Shown: piece by piece, positions 11,309 to 22,812 of the stretch
How the letters are laid out: every line of letters begins with the position of its first letter
Position numbering within the stretch: position 1 is the stretch's first letter
Assembly (NCBI GenBank): GCA_963662665.2
Contig: CAXXJS010000008.1
Span: forward strand, 20,551-84,550
Direction of reading: 5' to 3'
Length of the DNA stretch: 64,000 nt
Origin: Candidatus Latescibacterota bacterium
GTDB lineage: Bacteria; Latescibacterota; UBA2968; GCA-2709665
Made by a program: the position numbers and the translations under genes
Notes under the pieces: generated by a model
Told to the model about the DNA's origin: nothing
The model's input: only the letters and a program-made list of their open reading frames with translations
Databases searched by the model: none

Positions 11309-11507
11309 TAAGCTGTCAGCCGTCAGCTCCCTGCCCACTCCACACCAGAATCGCACGGCTAACAAGCGGGCCCTTTCTGCTCCCCCTTTCCTTCAGGAGA
11401 GGGGGCCGGGGGGAGAGGTCTGCGGGGCTGGGAGGAGAGGTTGGACTTTGATCTTGCCTTTCGTTCTTGGCTGATAGCTGATGGCTTCATCTGAGAGGTC
11501 GCAAAAA

Positions 11508-11636
11508 CACGGTGAGACGTTAGAGGTTAGACGGTAGAAGAAATCCTTGCCCGATATTTTGTTCCTCCTTGCCTCCGGCACGAGAAGAAACCTCACAAGG
11601 CAGGTAATTGCTACCCTCTCCCGTCTCCCCGCCTTC
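11508..11636 (-). repeat. Repeat family B, copy 2
   Basis: Reverse-orientation similarity to 9292-9421, ending CTCCCGTCTCCCCGCCTT on the plus strand. Confidence 0.6.
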
Positions 11637-11670
11637 TGGTGTTCGCGTTCAAACCTACGGAGGATGATAA

Positions 11671-12513
11671 ATGAGTCTGGATATTGAAAGGTGGCTCCGC
11701 CGGCCCAAGATCGACGCGCACTGTCACGTCTGGAATCTGGGGAACGAGGCGGACGAGGCAACGTCCGCCGAGCGGCTGATCTCGACGGGCGACATGCTGG
11801 GCATCACCGAGTACTGGTGTTCGTCGCCCATTACGGGCGGGCGGCTCGCCAGTATTGAGGAAGTACGCGCGGAGAACGATGCCGTGCTGAGGGCCATGAA
11901 ACGGTTTCCCGACCATATCCGGGGGCTGTGTTTCGTCATCCCGGGACATTTTCAGCGCGCGGTGGACGAGATTGAACGTTGCCTGGACGTGGGAATGATC
12001 GGACTGAAACTCTACAACCAGTACCGCATCGACGATCCGGCGGTGTATCCGGTTCTCGAACGCATCATCGAGCGCAAGGTTCCGCTCCTGGAGCACGCGG
12101 GCCTGCCCACCGCCAGGGAATTCCTCGACGCGCAGCCGCTGATTTCCAACGGACAACACTTTGCCGAGATGAACCGGCGGTATCCTGAGGCGATGGTTAT
12201 TCACGCCCACATCGGCGGCGGCGGGGACTGGGAAAACACCATTCGCGCGATGCGGAATACGTCCCCCAACCTGGTCTGCGACGTCAGCGGGAGCAATCTG
12301 GACGACGGGCAGGTTGAACTCGCCGTGGCGGAAATGGGCGCGGACCGGGTGCTGTTCGGCACGGACGGCACCATGACCGGCAGCGTGGGGAAGGTCATCG
12401 ACGCAACGCTTAATGACGAAGAAAAGGACATGATTTTCTGGGGCAACGCGGAACGAATCCTGGCCGCTCAGGGCGCGGCGCCAATCCGGACCGGGAAGGA
12501 GGCTTCGGCATGA
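11671..12513 (+). CDS. Amidohydrolase family protein (Amidohydro_2)
   Basis: IDAHCH, GLKL, HAHIGGG, RVLFGTD. Confidence 0.88.
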   Translation: MSLDIERWLRRPKIDAHCHVWNLGNEADEATSAERLISTGDMLGITEYWCSSPITGGRLASIEEVRAENDAVLRAMKRFPDHIRGLCFVIPGHFQRAVDEIERCLDVGMIGLKLYNQYRIDDPAVYPVLERIIERKVPLLEHAGLPTAREFLDAQPLISNGQHFAEMNRRYPEAMVIHAHIGGGGDWENTIRAMRNTSPNLVCDVSGSNLDDGQVELAVAEMGADRVLFGTDGTMTGSVGKVIDATLNDEEKDMIFWGNAERILAAQGAAPIRTGKEASA

Positions 12514-13310
12514 AATACATCGATCTCAATGCATGGCTGGGTTCGTGGCCTTTTCGGGCATTGCGGGACAATACGCCCGAAACACTCATCCGAAGGCTGG
12601 ATCGGGCCGGAATCGGCAAGGCTGCCGTGTCCCGGATCGAAGCGATATTGCACCGCAGCGTACAGCCGGCCAACGAACGGCTGGCGGAGGACCTGGAGGG
12701 GTTTGCCGATCGATTGGTTCCGTTGGCGACGATCAATGCGGCCGATCGGAACTGGGAAGGCGATCTGCGTCGCTGCCACGAAGACCTTGGCATGAAGGGC
12801 GCACGTCTGTTCCCGCAGTATCACGAATTCGCCGTTGATGGACCCGAAGCCCGCAAGGTCGTGGCGGCATGCGTGGAACGGGGGCTTCCGGTGTTCATTC
12901 CGCATCGGATCGAGGACGTCAGACAGAAGCACTGGATGGACCCCGGGCGGATGACCGATCTCAATGGCGTGGCCAATCTGATCGCCGCGGTCTCCGGCGC
13001 GACGATCGTGATACCGAATGCGCGGGGGATTACGGGTTCCCCCGTGTGGCAACGCAGGGAGATCCGCGATCGTGATTGGTACTTCGATCTGTCCCTCGCG
13101 GAAGTCCACTACTCATTGAGCCTAAACGTGAATCAGTTGGGCGATCTTTCAAACTTCATCGACGAGGGCGGCGCGGGCCACCTCGTATTCGGCACGCACG
13201 CGCCGTTCTCCTATCCTTCCGCCGCACGGGTGAAGTGCGCGGTCCTGCCGGTGGATGAGGAAACGCTGGAAGAAATCTGTTTCAAGCGAGCCGAACGAAT
13301 GTTGAGTTGA
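12510..13310 (+). CDS. Amidohydrolase family protein (metal ligands partly degenerate)
   Basis: IDLNAWLGSWPF, GARLFPQYH, LVFGTHAP; ATGA overlap with the upstream gene. Confidence 0.8.
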   Translation: MKYIDLNAWLGSWPFRALRDNTPETLIRRLDRAGIGKAAVSRIEAILHRSVQPANERLAEDLEGFADRLVPLATINAADRNWEGDLRRCHEDLGMKGARLFPQYHEFAVDGPEARKVVAACVERGLPVFIPHRIEDVRQKHWMDPGRMTDLNGVANLIAAVSGATIVIPNARGITGSPVWQRREIRDRDWYFDLSLAEVHYSLSLNVNQLGDLSNFIDEGGAGHLVFGTHAPFSYPSAARVKCAVLPVDEETLEEICFKRAERMLS

Positions 13311-13331
13311 GCACTCTGGGGGAAGTCGGAT

Positions 13332-15746
13332 ATGGTCACAGCCAACATGATCACCGGACTGGATGGCGCGTGCATACCCGCCGTCGAGACGCCGATGAGC
13401 CGGCGATACCTTCGGATGGCGCAGAAGTGGTTTCCAACCGCGCTGAGTTATTTCGAGGATTGGGGGGAGCGCCCCCGTTGCGGGCATTTCTTCGGCGGGG
13501 TCCATTGGTACGGTATCGAGACGGCGGTCCCGTTGCATGCCCTGGCCGCGGTGGGCACCTCGCCGGAGTACGACGAGACGACAACGGGACTTTCGATCGA
13601 CAGCCTCCGGGAAGTTGTGGTCAAGGCCATCCGATACCTTTGTTTTACGCACGACACGGGACCCGGGGAATGCCTCCGGCCAAACACGGGGCTGGGCATG
13701 CCCAGGTCCTGGGGCACGAAGTGGGGGGAACGGGGTCGGGGGTTCTTCCCTGAAAGCCAGTGCGGCGGGACCGTCGCGAATATGACATCCGCCGCCCTGA
13801 TGCTGCAGCCGTACGTGGACGACGAAACGCGGATGATGCTGGCGGAAATCTGCCTGGACTATCTCCAGCGGTTTGGAGAAATGGCGCCGAAAAGCGGGGT
13901 ATTCGCCGATACGCAGATGGAAGAGAACGCGTGGACGGCGCACGGCCTGGCGGCATGCTATCTGTTTCTGTCCGGACACGAGCGGGCGGAAGCCTGGGAA
14001 ACCTGCGCACGGCGATGGATGTTTTCGGCATGCGCGGCCCCGCAGGACCGGTTCAACGAGGGGGCGCTGGAAACGGGATTGACGGCCGCGACCCTGACAG
14101 GGAAGACGTTCACCACGCTGCCGGACTACATGGCCGAGAATCACGGAATGGTCCACCCCGGATACACCGCCTCCGGGGTCCAGTCGGTGGCCAGCCTGGG
14201 ATTGCTTTACCGGATGTACGGGCGGACAGAACCGCCTGAGGCCTACTGGAACCGTCAGCGGGTCTACGATGCGATCAAGCTGCTCACGGACGAAACCGGA
14301 TCTGCGATGCCGACACAGGGGATGGACCGCCTGTATCTGGGGGAACAGCACGTGCTGCACGCATCGGCATACCTGTTTCTGAAGGACCCGGATGCGGGAT
14401 ATTTCGAAGAGGTCTCGCTGGCGCTGCGGGAAAAGAAACAGGAAGGTAGCGGAGGACGGCTGATCGATCCCGAAATCGCGGCCACATGCCACGAGGTGGA
14501 AGATCCGATGGAAATCAAAGAATCGGAGATGATTGAGGGGATCGTCAAACCTTATCTCCTGCACCGGATCATGGATGGAGAAGCGCCGGCGCCCACGTCC
14601 GCCGCCGAGATCGCAAGCAAGTTCAACGGCGTCCGCATGTTCCCGCATTCCGGATTCGTACATCATCGACACATGAAAGGACAGAATTCCCTGTCCTGGC
14701 GAAATTACGTGATGGCGCTGCCGTTCACGCGCGACGGCGTGCATACGGTGGGGCCCAGCCGGTGGAGTCTGCTGGCCAACGTGACGGTGAAGGACCGTCC
14801 GGGAAGCCACGACTTGCTTGTGATGGAGGTGAACCGGAAGGACGACGGCTTTGCAGCGTTAATGGTCAATCACCGCGCCCAGGGCGCCATTCGCCAGCGC
14901 GTGCTGTGCTGCTCCCTTCCGGACGGAAGGTTGGTGTGCCACGAACGACTCGATGCGTTGGAAGATTGCGCCGTAGCGAGGATCGATCAGGGATTCATCA
15001 GAATCATCAACGAAAACTTCCCCCTCGTCGGCGGCGCGTGCGACGGAAAGCGCATGCTCTACCATCCGAACGGAGCGGAGGCGTTTCCGGGGTTTCCCGG
15101 CAACGATCCCGACGCCGACGTCGTGTTCGACCTGCGCGATCCGGGGTGGCTGAACGTGGACGATCAGTTGGGGATCGTCTTCAAGGGGACAGGCGGGACC
15201 CGCTACCTGAACCGTCACTATTTCCCGCCATTCAGCTTCCGGGCGGTCGCGGACGATCTATTCCTCAGCCTGGAAGAAAGGGCGAAGGAATATCGGACCG
15301 ATGAGCAGGTTGGCGCACTCGACATGCTGATCTGCCCCGAGCAGCCCCACGAGGAAACGCCTGCCCAATTTCTCACGGCAGCCGATTCGTCCGATGATAC
15401 CGTATGTTTGCTCGTGGACGGCTACATTTGCGCCGGTAACTTCGGATCGCACCGGAAAGTATGCGCATTCGAGACGGAAATCCAAAATCCGGTACCGGTT
15501 TTTGGAAGCACCACGCGCGTTTCGGCAAAGCGCGTTGAGTATGCGATGCCCATCGAAGGCGGCGAGGCCGTTTACGCGAAGGAAGTCATGAAGGTCCGGA
15601 GCGATGGGGATATTCTGATCGAGGCGGTACCCGGCGGCGACGCGTATATCACCAATGAAGCGGGGCGCGCGGTGGAGGTGAATATTCTGAAGGACGGGAA
15701 AGCACGGGACCTGCGGATGGAAGCGGCACAGGTGGCGCGCATCTGA
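13332..15746 (+). CDS. Hypothetical 804-aa protein, possible polysaccharide-lyase-like fold; paralogue of 20326-22740
   Basis: Shares CGHFFGG.HWYG, DTQMEENAW, ENHGMVHPxY, HRHxKGQxS and WLNxDDxLG with the downstream paralogue. Confidence 0.75.
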   Translation: MVTANMITGLDGACIPAVETPMSRRYLRMAQKWFPTALSYFEDWGERPRCGHFFGGVHWYGIETAVPLHALAAVGTSPEYDETTTGLSIDSLREVVVKAIRYLCFTHDTGPGECLRPNTGLGMPRSWGTKWGERGRGFFPESQCGGTVANMTSAALMLQPYVDDETRMMLAEICLDYLQRFGEMAPKSGVFADTQMEENAWTAHGLAACYLFLSGHERAEAWETCARRWMFSACAAPQDRFNEGALETGLTAATLTGKTFTTLPDYMAENHGMVHPGYTASGVQSVASLGLLYRMYGRTEPPEAYWNRQRVYDAIKLLTDETGSAMPTQGMDRLYLGEQHVLHASAYLFLKDPDAGYFEEVSLALREKKQEGSGGRLIDPEIAATCHEVEDPMEIKESEMIEGIVKPYLLHRIMDGEAPAPTSAAEIASKFNGVRMFPHSGFVHHRHMKGQNSLSWRNYVMALPFTRDGVHTVGPSRWSLLANVTVKDRPGSHDLLVMEVNRKDDGFAALMVNHRAQGAIRQRVLCCSLPDGRLVCHERLDALEDCAVARIDQGFIRIINENFPLVGGACDGKRMLYHPNGAEAFPGFPGNDPDADVVFDLRDPGWLNVDDQLGIVFKGTGGTRYLNRHYFPPFSFRAVADDLFLSLEERAKEYRTDEQVGALDMLICPEQPHEETPAQFLTAADSSDDTVCLLVDGYICAGNFGSHRKVCAFETEIQNPVPVFGSTTRVSAKRVEYAMPIEGGEAVYAKEVMKVRSDGDILIEAVPGGDAYITNEAGRAVEVNILKDGKARDLRMEAAQVARI

Positions 15747-15802
15747 TATCTGGAGAAGGACTCAGGCAAATTAACCGATGGTATGTGGTCACGGATTATT
15801 GA

Positions 15803-17206
15803 ATGGGAAATAGCGAAATGCGGCTGGCGATTTGCGGGATCAGGCATGAAACGAACACCTTCTCCCCGTTGCGCGCGGGAAGAGAGGACTTTCACGTCCT
15901 GCGCGGGGAGGAAATACTGGCCGACGGACCCTGGCAGGCATTCCCCAACGTCGAGTGGGCGCCCACGCTGGTCTCAAAGGCGCAGCCGCACGGGCTGGTC
16001 CTCAGGGACACCTACGAGACAATGGCTGCCGAATTGGTGGAACGTCTGCGCCAGGCATCCCCGGTGGACGGCGTGTACCTGGATCTGCACGGTGCGATGG
16101 AGGTGGAAGGCGTGGGCGACGGGGAACGCGACCTGGTCTGCCGCGTGCGTGAAGTCGTCGGTGACAAGATTCCGGTCGTCGCCAGTCTGGACCTGCACGC
16201 CAATCTTGCGCCCGAGGTCGTGGAGAAGACCAATGTGCTCACGGCGCTGAGGACAGCGCCTCACATCGACAGGCGGGAGACGCAGGTGCGGGCGATGGGG
16301 CATCTGGTCCGTTGCGTGAAGGAAGATATCCGCCCGGCGAACGCCATTGTAAGGCTGCCCATGCTGCTTCCGGGTGAACACGCGGCCACGGGGGTGGAGC
16401 CCGCCCGGTCCCTGTACGCCGGGCTTCAGGCGGTGGAAGCGCAACCCCATGTTATGGACGCGTCAATCATAATCGGGTGCGCGTGGACGGACTCGCCCTT
16501 TACGTCTGCGGCCGCCATTGTGGTTTCGGAGAATCGAAAGGCAGCCGTGGAACACGCTGAACGCCTGGCGAAGGAAATCTGGCGGCGGCGGGATGAATTC
16601 GCGCCGGACGTGGTGACGCTGCCCGTGGAAGACGTCGTTCGACGCGCGGTCCGTGAGACCCGGCATCCGGTGTTCATTTCCGATTCCGGCGACAATGTGA
16701 CCGCGGGTGCGGCCGGCGATATCCCTCTCGTCCTGAAAACGCTGCTCGAAGCCGGCGTCAGGGATGCGGTTGTCGCGGGGATCGCCGATGCAGAGGCCGT
16801 GGCGAGATGTATCCAAGCGGGTATCGGCGCTGAGTTGAGTCTGACGGTGGGCGGCAAACTCGACAGGGTGAACGGATCGCCGCTCGAGGTGACCGGCCAT
16901 GTGGTCTCGATGAATCCGCCGCGGATTGTCGTGTTCCAGGTGGGCGGCGTCAAGGTGGTCCTGACGGCCGACCGCATGCCATTCCTGGAGTTGCGGGCCT
17001 TTGAAGAGGCTGACGTGAAACCCGCGGAACACGAGATCGTGGTTGTGAAACACGGATATCTCGCGCCGGAGTTGCGTGAGATCGCCGGCGCGGCGTTGAT
17101 GGCTGTCAGCCCCGGCTGCACGACCCTGGCGCTGGAGACATTACCCTATGAACGGATTCGGCGGCCCGTGTTTCCACTGGACGAGGACGTGGTGTTCTCA
17201 GTGTGA
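15803..17206 (+). CDS. M81 family (MlrC-like) metallopeptidase
   Basis: HETNTFSP, LDLHGAM, SLDLHAN, RTAPHID, DSGDNVTAG. Confidence 0.9.
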   Translation: MGNSEMRLAICGIRHETNTFSPLRAGREDFHVLRGEEILADGPWQAFPNVEWAPTLVSKAQPHGLVLRDTYETMAAELVERLRQASPVDGVYLDLHGAMEVEGVGDGERDLVCRVREVVGDKIPVVASLDLHANLAPEVVEKTNVLTALRTAPHIDRRETQVRAMGHLVRCVKEDIRPANAIVRLPMLLPGEHAATGVEPARSLYAGLQAVEAQPHVMDASIIIGCAWTDSPFTSAAAIVVSENRKAAVEHAERLAKEIWRRRDEFAPDVVTLPVEDVVRRAVRETRHPVFISDSGDNVTAGAAGDIPLVLKTLLEAGVRDAVVAGIADAEAVARCIQAGIGAELSLTVGGKLDRVNGSPLEVTGHVVSMNPPRIVVFQVGGVKVVLTADRMPFLELRAFEEADVKPAEHEIVVVKHGYLAPELREIAGAALMAVSPGCTTLALETLPYERIRRPVFPLDEDVVFSV

Positions 17207-19926
17207 CGGACCTTGAGATGATGCTGATCTGTATCGCGTTGGCGCGGGCAATTCTACTGTTTCTGATACCCGAACGGCTGAACGCCGAACCCGTGTTTCC
17301 GCCTGAGGTTGAACGGAGTCACGTTTCGGGACTCAAGAAAAACCTCGCGCCGCTGATGGCGCTGTCCGAAGGCGAACTGGCGCAGCTGATTCCGGACCGG
17401 TCCGGATTCCGGTTTGTGGACTGTCCGAATTGCGAGGGAGGCGCTGAGGAGAATCAGCTGTCGTGGTCGATCGAGGAACCCGACCATGTCTTCTGTCTGT
17501 TCTGCAAGATGCGGTTTCCAAATGAGGTTTACCCCGAAAACGGGGTGCTGCGGGTGACCAATGCGCGGGGCGAGATCCAGGAGTATCCATTCTGGGAGGC
17601 GCCGTTTCCGCCGCCGGCAGAGTTGCCCGGGTCGCTCTCGCACATCCAGCCGGACAGGAAGTACAGGCACTATTTCCGGGCCAAGGGATGGTACGTGGCC
17701 CGGATGTATTTCTCCGACGCGGCCCATCAACTCGGACGGCTATATTATCTGACGGGGAATCCGGCATTCGCCCGGCGGGCGGCATTGATTCTGGACCGGT
17801 TCGCCCAGGTTTATCCCGGGTATTGCGCCAGGTACGACGCACCGTTCCGGCCGAAGGTGATCTTTGAGGGAGACAGCACGTTTCCGTTTCCGGTGTCTCC
17901 GTATCTGGCGGCAAAGTGGGATTACTGGGCGTATGGGGATATCCCGTCCAACCTCGTCTTCGCTTACGATCTCGTTCGCGGCAGCGGTCAGGTGGACGAC
18001 GCAATGCGCCGGAGAATCGAAGACGATCTGTTTCACGGCAGTGTCAGATTCGTACGGTCCTATCCGATTACCCTGAGCAACATGGACCCGGCGATCCTGC
18101 GAGGACTGATTTCCGCGGGCAGGGTCCTTAACGAGCCGGCGTACGTACACGACGCGGTACAATGGATTGGCGACCTGATCCGGAAACAGTTTTTCGTGGA
18201 TGGCATGTGGCGGGAAGCGGCGGTGTCGTACCATAATCAGACGGTGCAAGGGCTGGCCGATGTAATGGACCTGCTGAAAGGGTATAGCGATCCGAAGGGT
18301 TATATTCATCCGGAGAGCGGAGCGCGTTACGAGAATCTGGATCTGTCGGACCGGTTTCCGCTCTTCGAAAAGGCGAGGCGGATTCCGGATCTCCTGCGAT
18401 ACCCGAGTGGCCGCGTTGTTGCGGTACACGATACGTGGGCACGGGAGCATCGCGCGCGCACCGAGTGCTCCCGCCCTTATCTGCTTGGCGGCTCAGGACA
18501 CGCCTGGCTGGGACGGGGCAGCGGTGCCGGTCAGATGCAGGCGCACCTCCACTTTTCGGGAGCATACGGACATGCACACGCGGACCTGTTGAGTATCACC
18601 CTGTTTGCACGCGGGCAGGAGCGGCTGTCCGATATCGGCTATACCTGGACCCACCAGCGGCAGTGGGCGTCCAGCACGCTGTCCCACAGCACCGTGGTCG
18701 TGAATGGGGAGGACCAGGCGCGGGGCGATGAAAACAACCCCTCCGACGGCAACCTGCTGCTGTTTGTGCCGGGAGACAGCGGGTTCCAGGCGGTGTCCGC
18801 CCAGGGCAATAGAGCGTATCCGGGGGTCGTCAGGGATTACAGACGCCTGCTGGTCATGATCGGCGTCTCGGATCGGGATGCTTACGTGGTCGACGTATTT
18901 CGCGTTGACGGGGGAGCGCGGCACGACTTCGTACTGGTGGGAGATGCGAATAACGACGGGACGATTGAGACGGAACTGAATCGATCGCCATACGGTGAGA
19001 CGCTGCTGCCGCCAGACGTGAAGGTCGTGTTACCCAGCGGGGAAACCGTCCCTGGATACGCGGAGGGCCACAATTTCGTCTACGCGTACGTACGGGATGT
19101 ACGCCGGGCGGAAATCTCCGCACCATGGAGCGTGGTCTTCACCAGCGAGGGCGAACCGAAGGGCGGGGTCCGCGTTCACGGGGTTTCAGGTCCTGACGGG
19201 GAACTGCTCTTCGGGAGCATGCCGTCCGTTCGGCGCGCGGAGGAGAGCGAGGGCAGGCTGGATGACAACACGATGCCCGCGTTGATCCATCGCCGGGAAG
19301 GAAAGGACCTGTCCAGCGTATTCGTGAATGTGCTGGAACCGTTCGGCGAAACGCCGTTTTTGCGCTCGGTGGAGCGACTGGGCAATGATTCTGACGGTCT
19401 GGCGCTGAAAATTACAGGAGAGGGGTATACGGACTATTTGTTGCATAACACGGACGGCAAGCGGATGGCAGTGGAAGGCATCACGCTGGATGGCCGCATC
19501 GGGTTCGTGCGTGTGCGGGACGGAGACGTGGAGAGGATGACCCTGGTGGGCGGGTCCCTGCTGCAAAAGGGAAATGCGAAACTTTCGGGAGAAGGCATCT
19601 TTGAGGGCGCGATCCTGGGTGTTTTGCGCAAGGAAACCGGTTCCGACGTAAACGGATTGGCTGTGGACGGCAATGTTCCTGAGAGAGACTGGATAAGGGA
19701 TTTGACTGTCTTGGTCAAAGACAGCGCGGGGTTTACGCTTGGCCTTCGTCTGACGGATGTCACCCGAAGAGATGGCCGGACGGTTCTCGTAATGGCAGAC
19801 GATCCCGGATTTGAAATGAACCCGGATGGGACGAGCCGGCATGTCTATTTCCCCCGGCGATCCTGGACCGGAGAGAATCGATACGAGATCATGGACGTGA
19901 GGCATCTTATTCTGCCCCGGAAATAG
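17203..19926 (+). CDS. Heparinase II/III family protein with N-terminal CxxC..CxxC motif
   Basis: DGMWRE..SYH, GHAHADLLSI, SDIGY, STLSHSTVVVNG; hydrophobic N-terminus. Confidence 0.8.
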   Translation: MTDLEMMLICIALARAILLFLIPERLNAEPVFPPEVERSHVSGLKKNLAPLMALSEGELAQLIPDRSGFRFVDCPNCEGGAEENQLSWSIEEPDHVFCLFCKMRFPNEVYPENGVLRVTNARGEIQEYPFWEAPFPPPAELPGSLSHIQPDRKYRHYFRAKGWYVARMYFSDAAHQLGRLYYLTGNPAFARRAALILDRFAQVYPGYCARYDAPFRPKVIFEGDSTFPFPVSPYLAAKWDYWAYGDIPSNLVFAYDLVRGSGQVDDAMRRRIEDDLFHGSVRFVRSYPITLSNMDPAILRGLISAGRVLNEPAYVHDAVQWIGDLIRKQFFVDGMWREAAVSYHNQTVQGLADVMDLLKGYSDPKGYIHPESGARYENLDLSDRFPLFEKARRIPDLLRYPSGRVVAVHDTWAREHRARTECSRPYLLGGSGHAWLGRGSGAGQMQAHLHFSGAYGHAHADLLSITLFARGQERLSDIGYTWTHQRQWASSTLSHSTVVVNGEDQARGDENNPSDGNLLLFVPGDSGFQAVSAQGNRAYPGVVRDYRRLLVMIGVSDRDAYVVDVFRVDGGARHDFVLVGDANNDGTIETELNRSPYGETLLPPDVKVVLPSGETVPGYAEGHNFVYAYVRDVRRAEISAPWSVVFTSEGEPKGGVRVHGVSGPDGELLFGSMPSVRRAEESEGRLDDNTMPALIHRREGKDLSSVFVNVLEPFGETPFLRSVERLGNDSDGLALKITGEGYTDYLLHNTDGKRMAVEGITLDGRIGFVRVRDGDVERMTLVGGSLLQKGNAKLSGEGIFEGAILGVLRKETGSDVNGLAVDGNVPERDWIRDLTVLVKDSAGFTLGLRLTDVTRRDGRTVLVMADDPGFEMNPDGTSRHVYFPRRSWTGENRYEIMDVRHLILPRK

Positions 19927-20325
19927 ATTGCCGAAATTCGACTCACACGGAGACACAAAGGGAAAGACTGAGATCAGCCAAAGGCGGGGAGACGGGAGTC
20001 GGTAGACGGTAGATGAAAAACCTGAAAGCGGGGAGCCGTGATCCGGTAGATGAAACACCTTGCCATCTAATGCGGCGCCATGCAAGGAAAGATAGCGCCG
20101 GAACGCCATATTGAATCGTGTGCGCCTATGGTATTGATATTGACACAACGGCGTTTACACTAAACCGGTGCCTGTTTCTTTGCCGTTATCGTAACGACAA
20201 GAAAAACCATAGCGCACTCACATCCTCTCCCGTCTCACTTCTTCCGTCTACCCACCGGTCGGGATGGGTGGGCGGGCTGATCCCTTATGGCTGGTTTTCG
20301 TATCAAGATCCGAGGAGACTGTGAT

Positions 20326-22740
20326 ATGGTCAGAATGTCAGACACAACGGAATTGCGCGCGCCATTCCTCCCGGCGGAAGAGAACGAACTCAGCCGGCGC
20401 TACCTGCGGATGATCGAGAAATGGATTCCCGTGGGCATCGAGTATTTTCAGGAATGGCCGGACAGACCGAACTGCGGGCATTTCTTTGGCGGTTGTCACT
20501 GGTATGGAAACGAGACGACGCCGCCCGTGGAAACATTCGCGCTGGCCAGCATCTCCCCCGAGTACGACGAGAAAGGCGTCGGCGTCTCCCGGAGCGACCT
20601 TCAGCGCATGGCGATTATGGGGTTGCGGTATCTGTGTTTCACGCACGACTCCGGTCCGGAGGACTGCGTGCGGCCCAGCGTCGGAATCGGGCGGCCGGAG
20701 ATCTGCGGAACCAAGTGGGGCGAACGCGGATTGGGGTTCTTCAAGGAAAGCCAGTGCGGCCATGGGATCTCCGCGCTGGGGCGCGTCTGCCTGTTGCTGC
20801 GGGACCGGATTGACGACGAGACCTGGATGATGATGGCTCGTGTCCACGCGGACTACGCCGGCAGGTTCGGGAATATGGCGCCGAAGAGCGGCATTTACGT
20901 GGATACGCAGATGGAAGAGAACGCGTGGACCTCGAACGGATTGACGTCGTGCTTCCTGTTTCTGGAACGCCATGAACAAGCGGCTGCATGGGAAGCAACC
21001 TGCCGGCGTTGGATGTACTCCACCTGTGCAACACCCCAGGATGCGAAGGACCGCGGCAGGTTGAACGGCGCCACGGCGGGGTCTCTGGCCGGAAAGACGT
21101 TTACGGCGCTGCCGGATTATTGGGCGGAAAACCACGGGATGGTGCATCCGAACTACACCTCGTCCGGCGTTCGGCCGCTCACTTCGGCGGGAACACAATT
21201 GAAACTGTGGGGACGGGAACTGCCGCCGGAGGTGTTCTGGAACCGCCGCAGGGTGTATGAGAACCTCAAGGCGATGACCGACGGATCCGGATATGCGCAG
21301 GCCGTGCAGGGGATGGACTGGCACTATCTGCCGTCCACGGGAAGCGAGACACCGCATTCCGCGGCTGCCGTGTTCTTTGACGACCCGGACGCCGCCGCGC
21401 TGCTGCGCAGAGGGCTTCGGAACGCGGAACTACGGCAGGACGGAAACGGCGGGCGGATGTACGACAGGGAATTCTCCATGAAGGCGCACGACCAGCAGGA
21501 CCCGATGATCATGCGTGAAGTTACCATCGGCGCGGTCGCGCACCAGTACCTGTTTCACCGGTTGTTCGGCCCCGGTGCGGCGCCCACGCCCGAAGATGAA
21601 CTCGAACGGCGATTGGCCGGGGTGCGTGAGTACCCGCACGCGGGTTTCGTCCACCACCGGCACCCGAAGGGGCAAACCTCGTTTTCCTGGCGGAACTCCG
21701 TGATGGCGATGCCGCTGACCCGGGAGGGGATCTATACGATCGCGCCTTGTTCGGATAGCTGGCTGGGCAGGCCGGCGGTGAAGGGAAAACCCGACAGCCA
21801 TCGACTGAAACAGGTGAAGGTGACCGACTATGACGACGGATTCGCCGCCGCGATGTCCATGGACCGGTGCCAGGAGTCATTGAGGCAGGAGGTGTTGTTC
21901 GCCAGCCTGCCCGACGGACGGGCGCTTTCCTTCGAGCGGTTCACGGCCCTGGAAGACCTGTCGCTGGATTCCCTCGACCAGGGGTTCCTGCGGATCACCA
22001 ACGAACACTTCCCGTTACTGGAGCCGAACTGCCGTGGCGTCCGCACCCTGTACCGCCCCGACGGATCCTTCGACTACAAAGGCTGGCTCGGCGATCGCGA
22101 AGAGGACGATATCGAGGATCGCATCGGCAGGCCGGATTGGCTGAATATCGACGACCGCCTGGGGATCGTGTTCTCGGGAACGGGCGATGCAGTTTACCTC
22201 AATCGGCACTATTACAAGCCGTATCGCGCCATCGCGGATGATCTCACACTCTCGCGTCAGGCGAACGGACAGGCAGTACGGGCCGGCGAGGAAGCCGGAA
22301 ATCTCACGGCGTTGCTGATACCCGAACAGCCCCACGAATACACGCCCGCCTGTCGTCTCAACGTCCTGACGGGGCCGGAACAGAGCGCCTGCCTGGTTAC
22401 CGACGGCTACCTCGCAGCCGCCAATTTCGCGAGCGACCGCCGGGTATGTGCGTTCACACGGACCAGGTGTGAGAAAATCGTGGTCTATTTGGGCGCAACG
22501 GTTGTTGCGAATGGAGACACCGTACGGGTTGACGTGCCGCTCAACAGCGGCAGCGCCTGTTTGCTGGCGGAGACGCATTCACTGCGCGTGGATGGGGATA
22601 TACGAATCGATTCAACACCGGACGGCGGGATCTTTGTGACGAACACCGGTACCGATGGCCTGGCAATCGAGATCACGAGCGGCGAAGACGCCGCCAGGGA
22701 CCGGGCGATCGACGCCGGACAGACGATACGAATCGGATAA
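20326..22740 (+). CDS. Hypothetical 804-aa protein; paralogue of 13332-15746
   Basis: GAGGAG RBS before ATG 20326; collinear similarity to the first copy over its full length. Confidence 0.75.
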   Translation: MVRMSDTTELRAPFLPAEENELSRRYLRMIEKWIPVGIEYFQEWPDRPNCGHFFGGCHWYGNETTPPVETFALASISPEYDEKGVGVSRSDLQRMAIMGLRYLCFTHDSGPEDCVRPSVGIGRPEICGTKWGERGLGFFKESQCGHGISALGRVCLLLRDRIDDETWMMMARVHADYAGRFGNMAPKSGIYVDTQMEENAWTSNGLTSCFLFLERHEQAAAWEATCRRWMYSTCATPQDAKDRGRLNGATAGSLAGKTFTALPDYWAENHGMVHPNYTSSGVRPLTSAGTQLKLWGRELPPEVFWNRRRVYENLKAMTDGSGYAQAVQGMDWHYLPSTGSETPHSAAAVFFDDPDAAALLRRGLRNAELRQDGNGGRMYDREFSMKAHDQQDPMIMREVTIGAVAHQYLFHRLFGPGAAPTPEDELERRLAGVREYPHAGFVHHRHPKGQTSFSWRNSVMAMPLTREGIYTIAPCSDSWLGRPAVKGKPDSHRLKQVKVTDYDDGFAAAMSMDRCQESLRQEVLFASLPDGRALSFERFTALEDLSLDSLDQGFLRITNEHFPLLEPNCRGVRTLYRPDGSFDYKGWLGDREEDDIEDRIGRPDWLNIDDRLGIVFSGTGDAVYLNRHYYKPYRAIADDLTLSRQANGQAVRAGEEAGNLTALLIPEQPHEYTPACRLNVLTGPEQSACLVTDGYLAAANFASDRRVCAFTRTRCEKIVVYLGATVVANGDTVRVDVPLNSGSACLLAETHSLRVDGDIRIDSTPDGGIFVTNTGTDGLAIEITSGEDAARDRAIDAGQTIRIG

Positions 22741-22812
22741 TGAATCACCTTGCGCGCACCCGCTACCCTCAGCCGGAACCAAAACGGGCACTGAGACCGA
22801 CGATTACGCAGA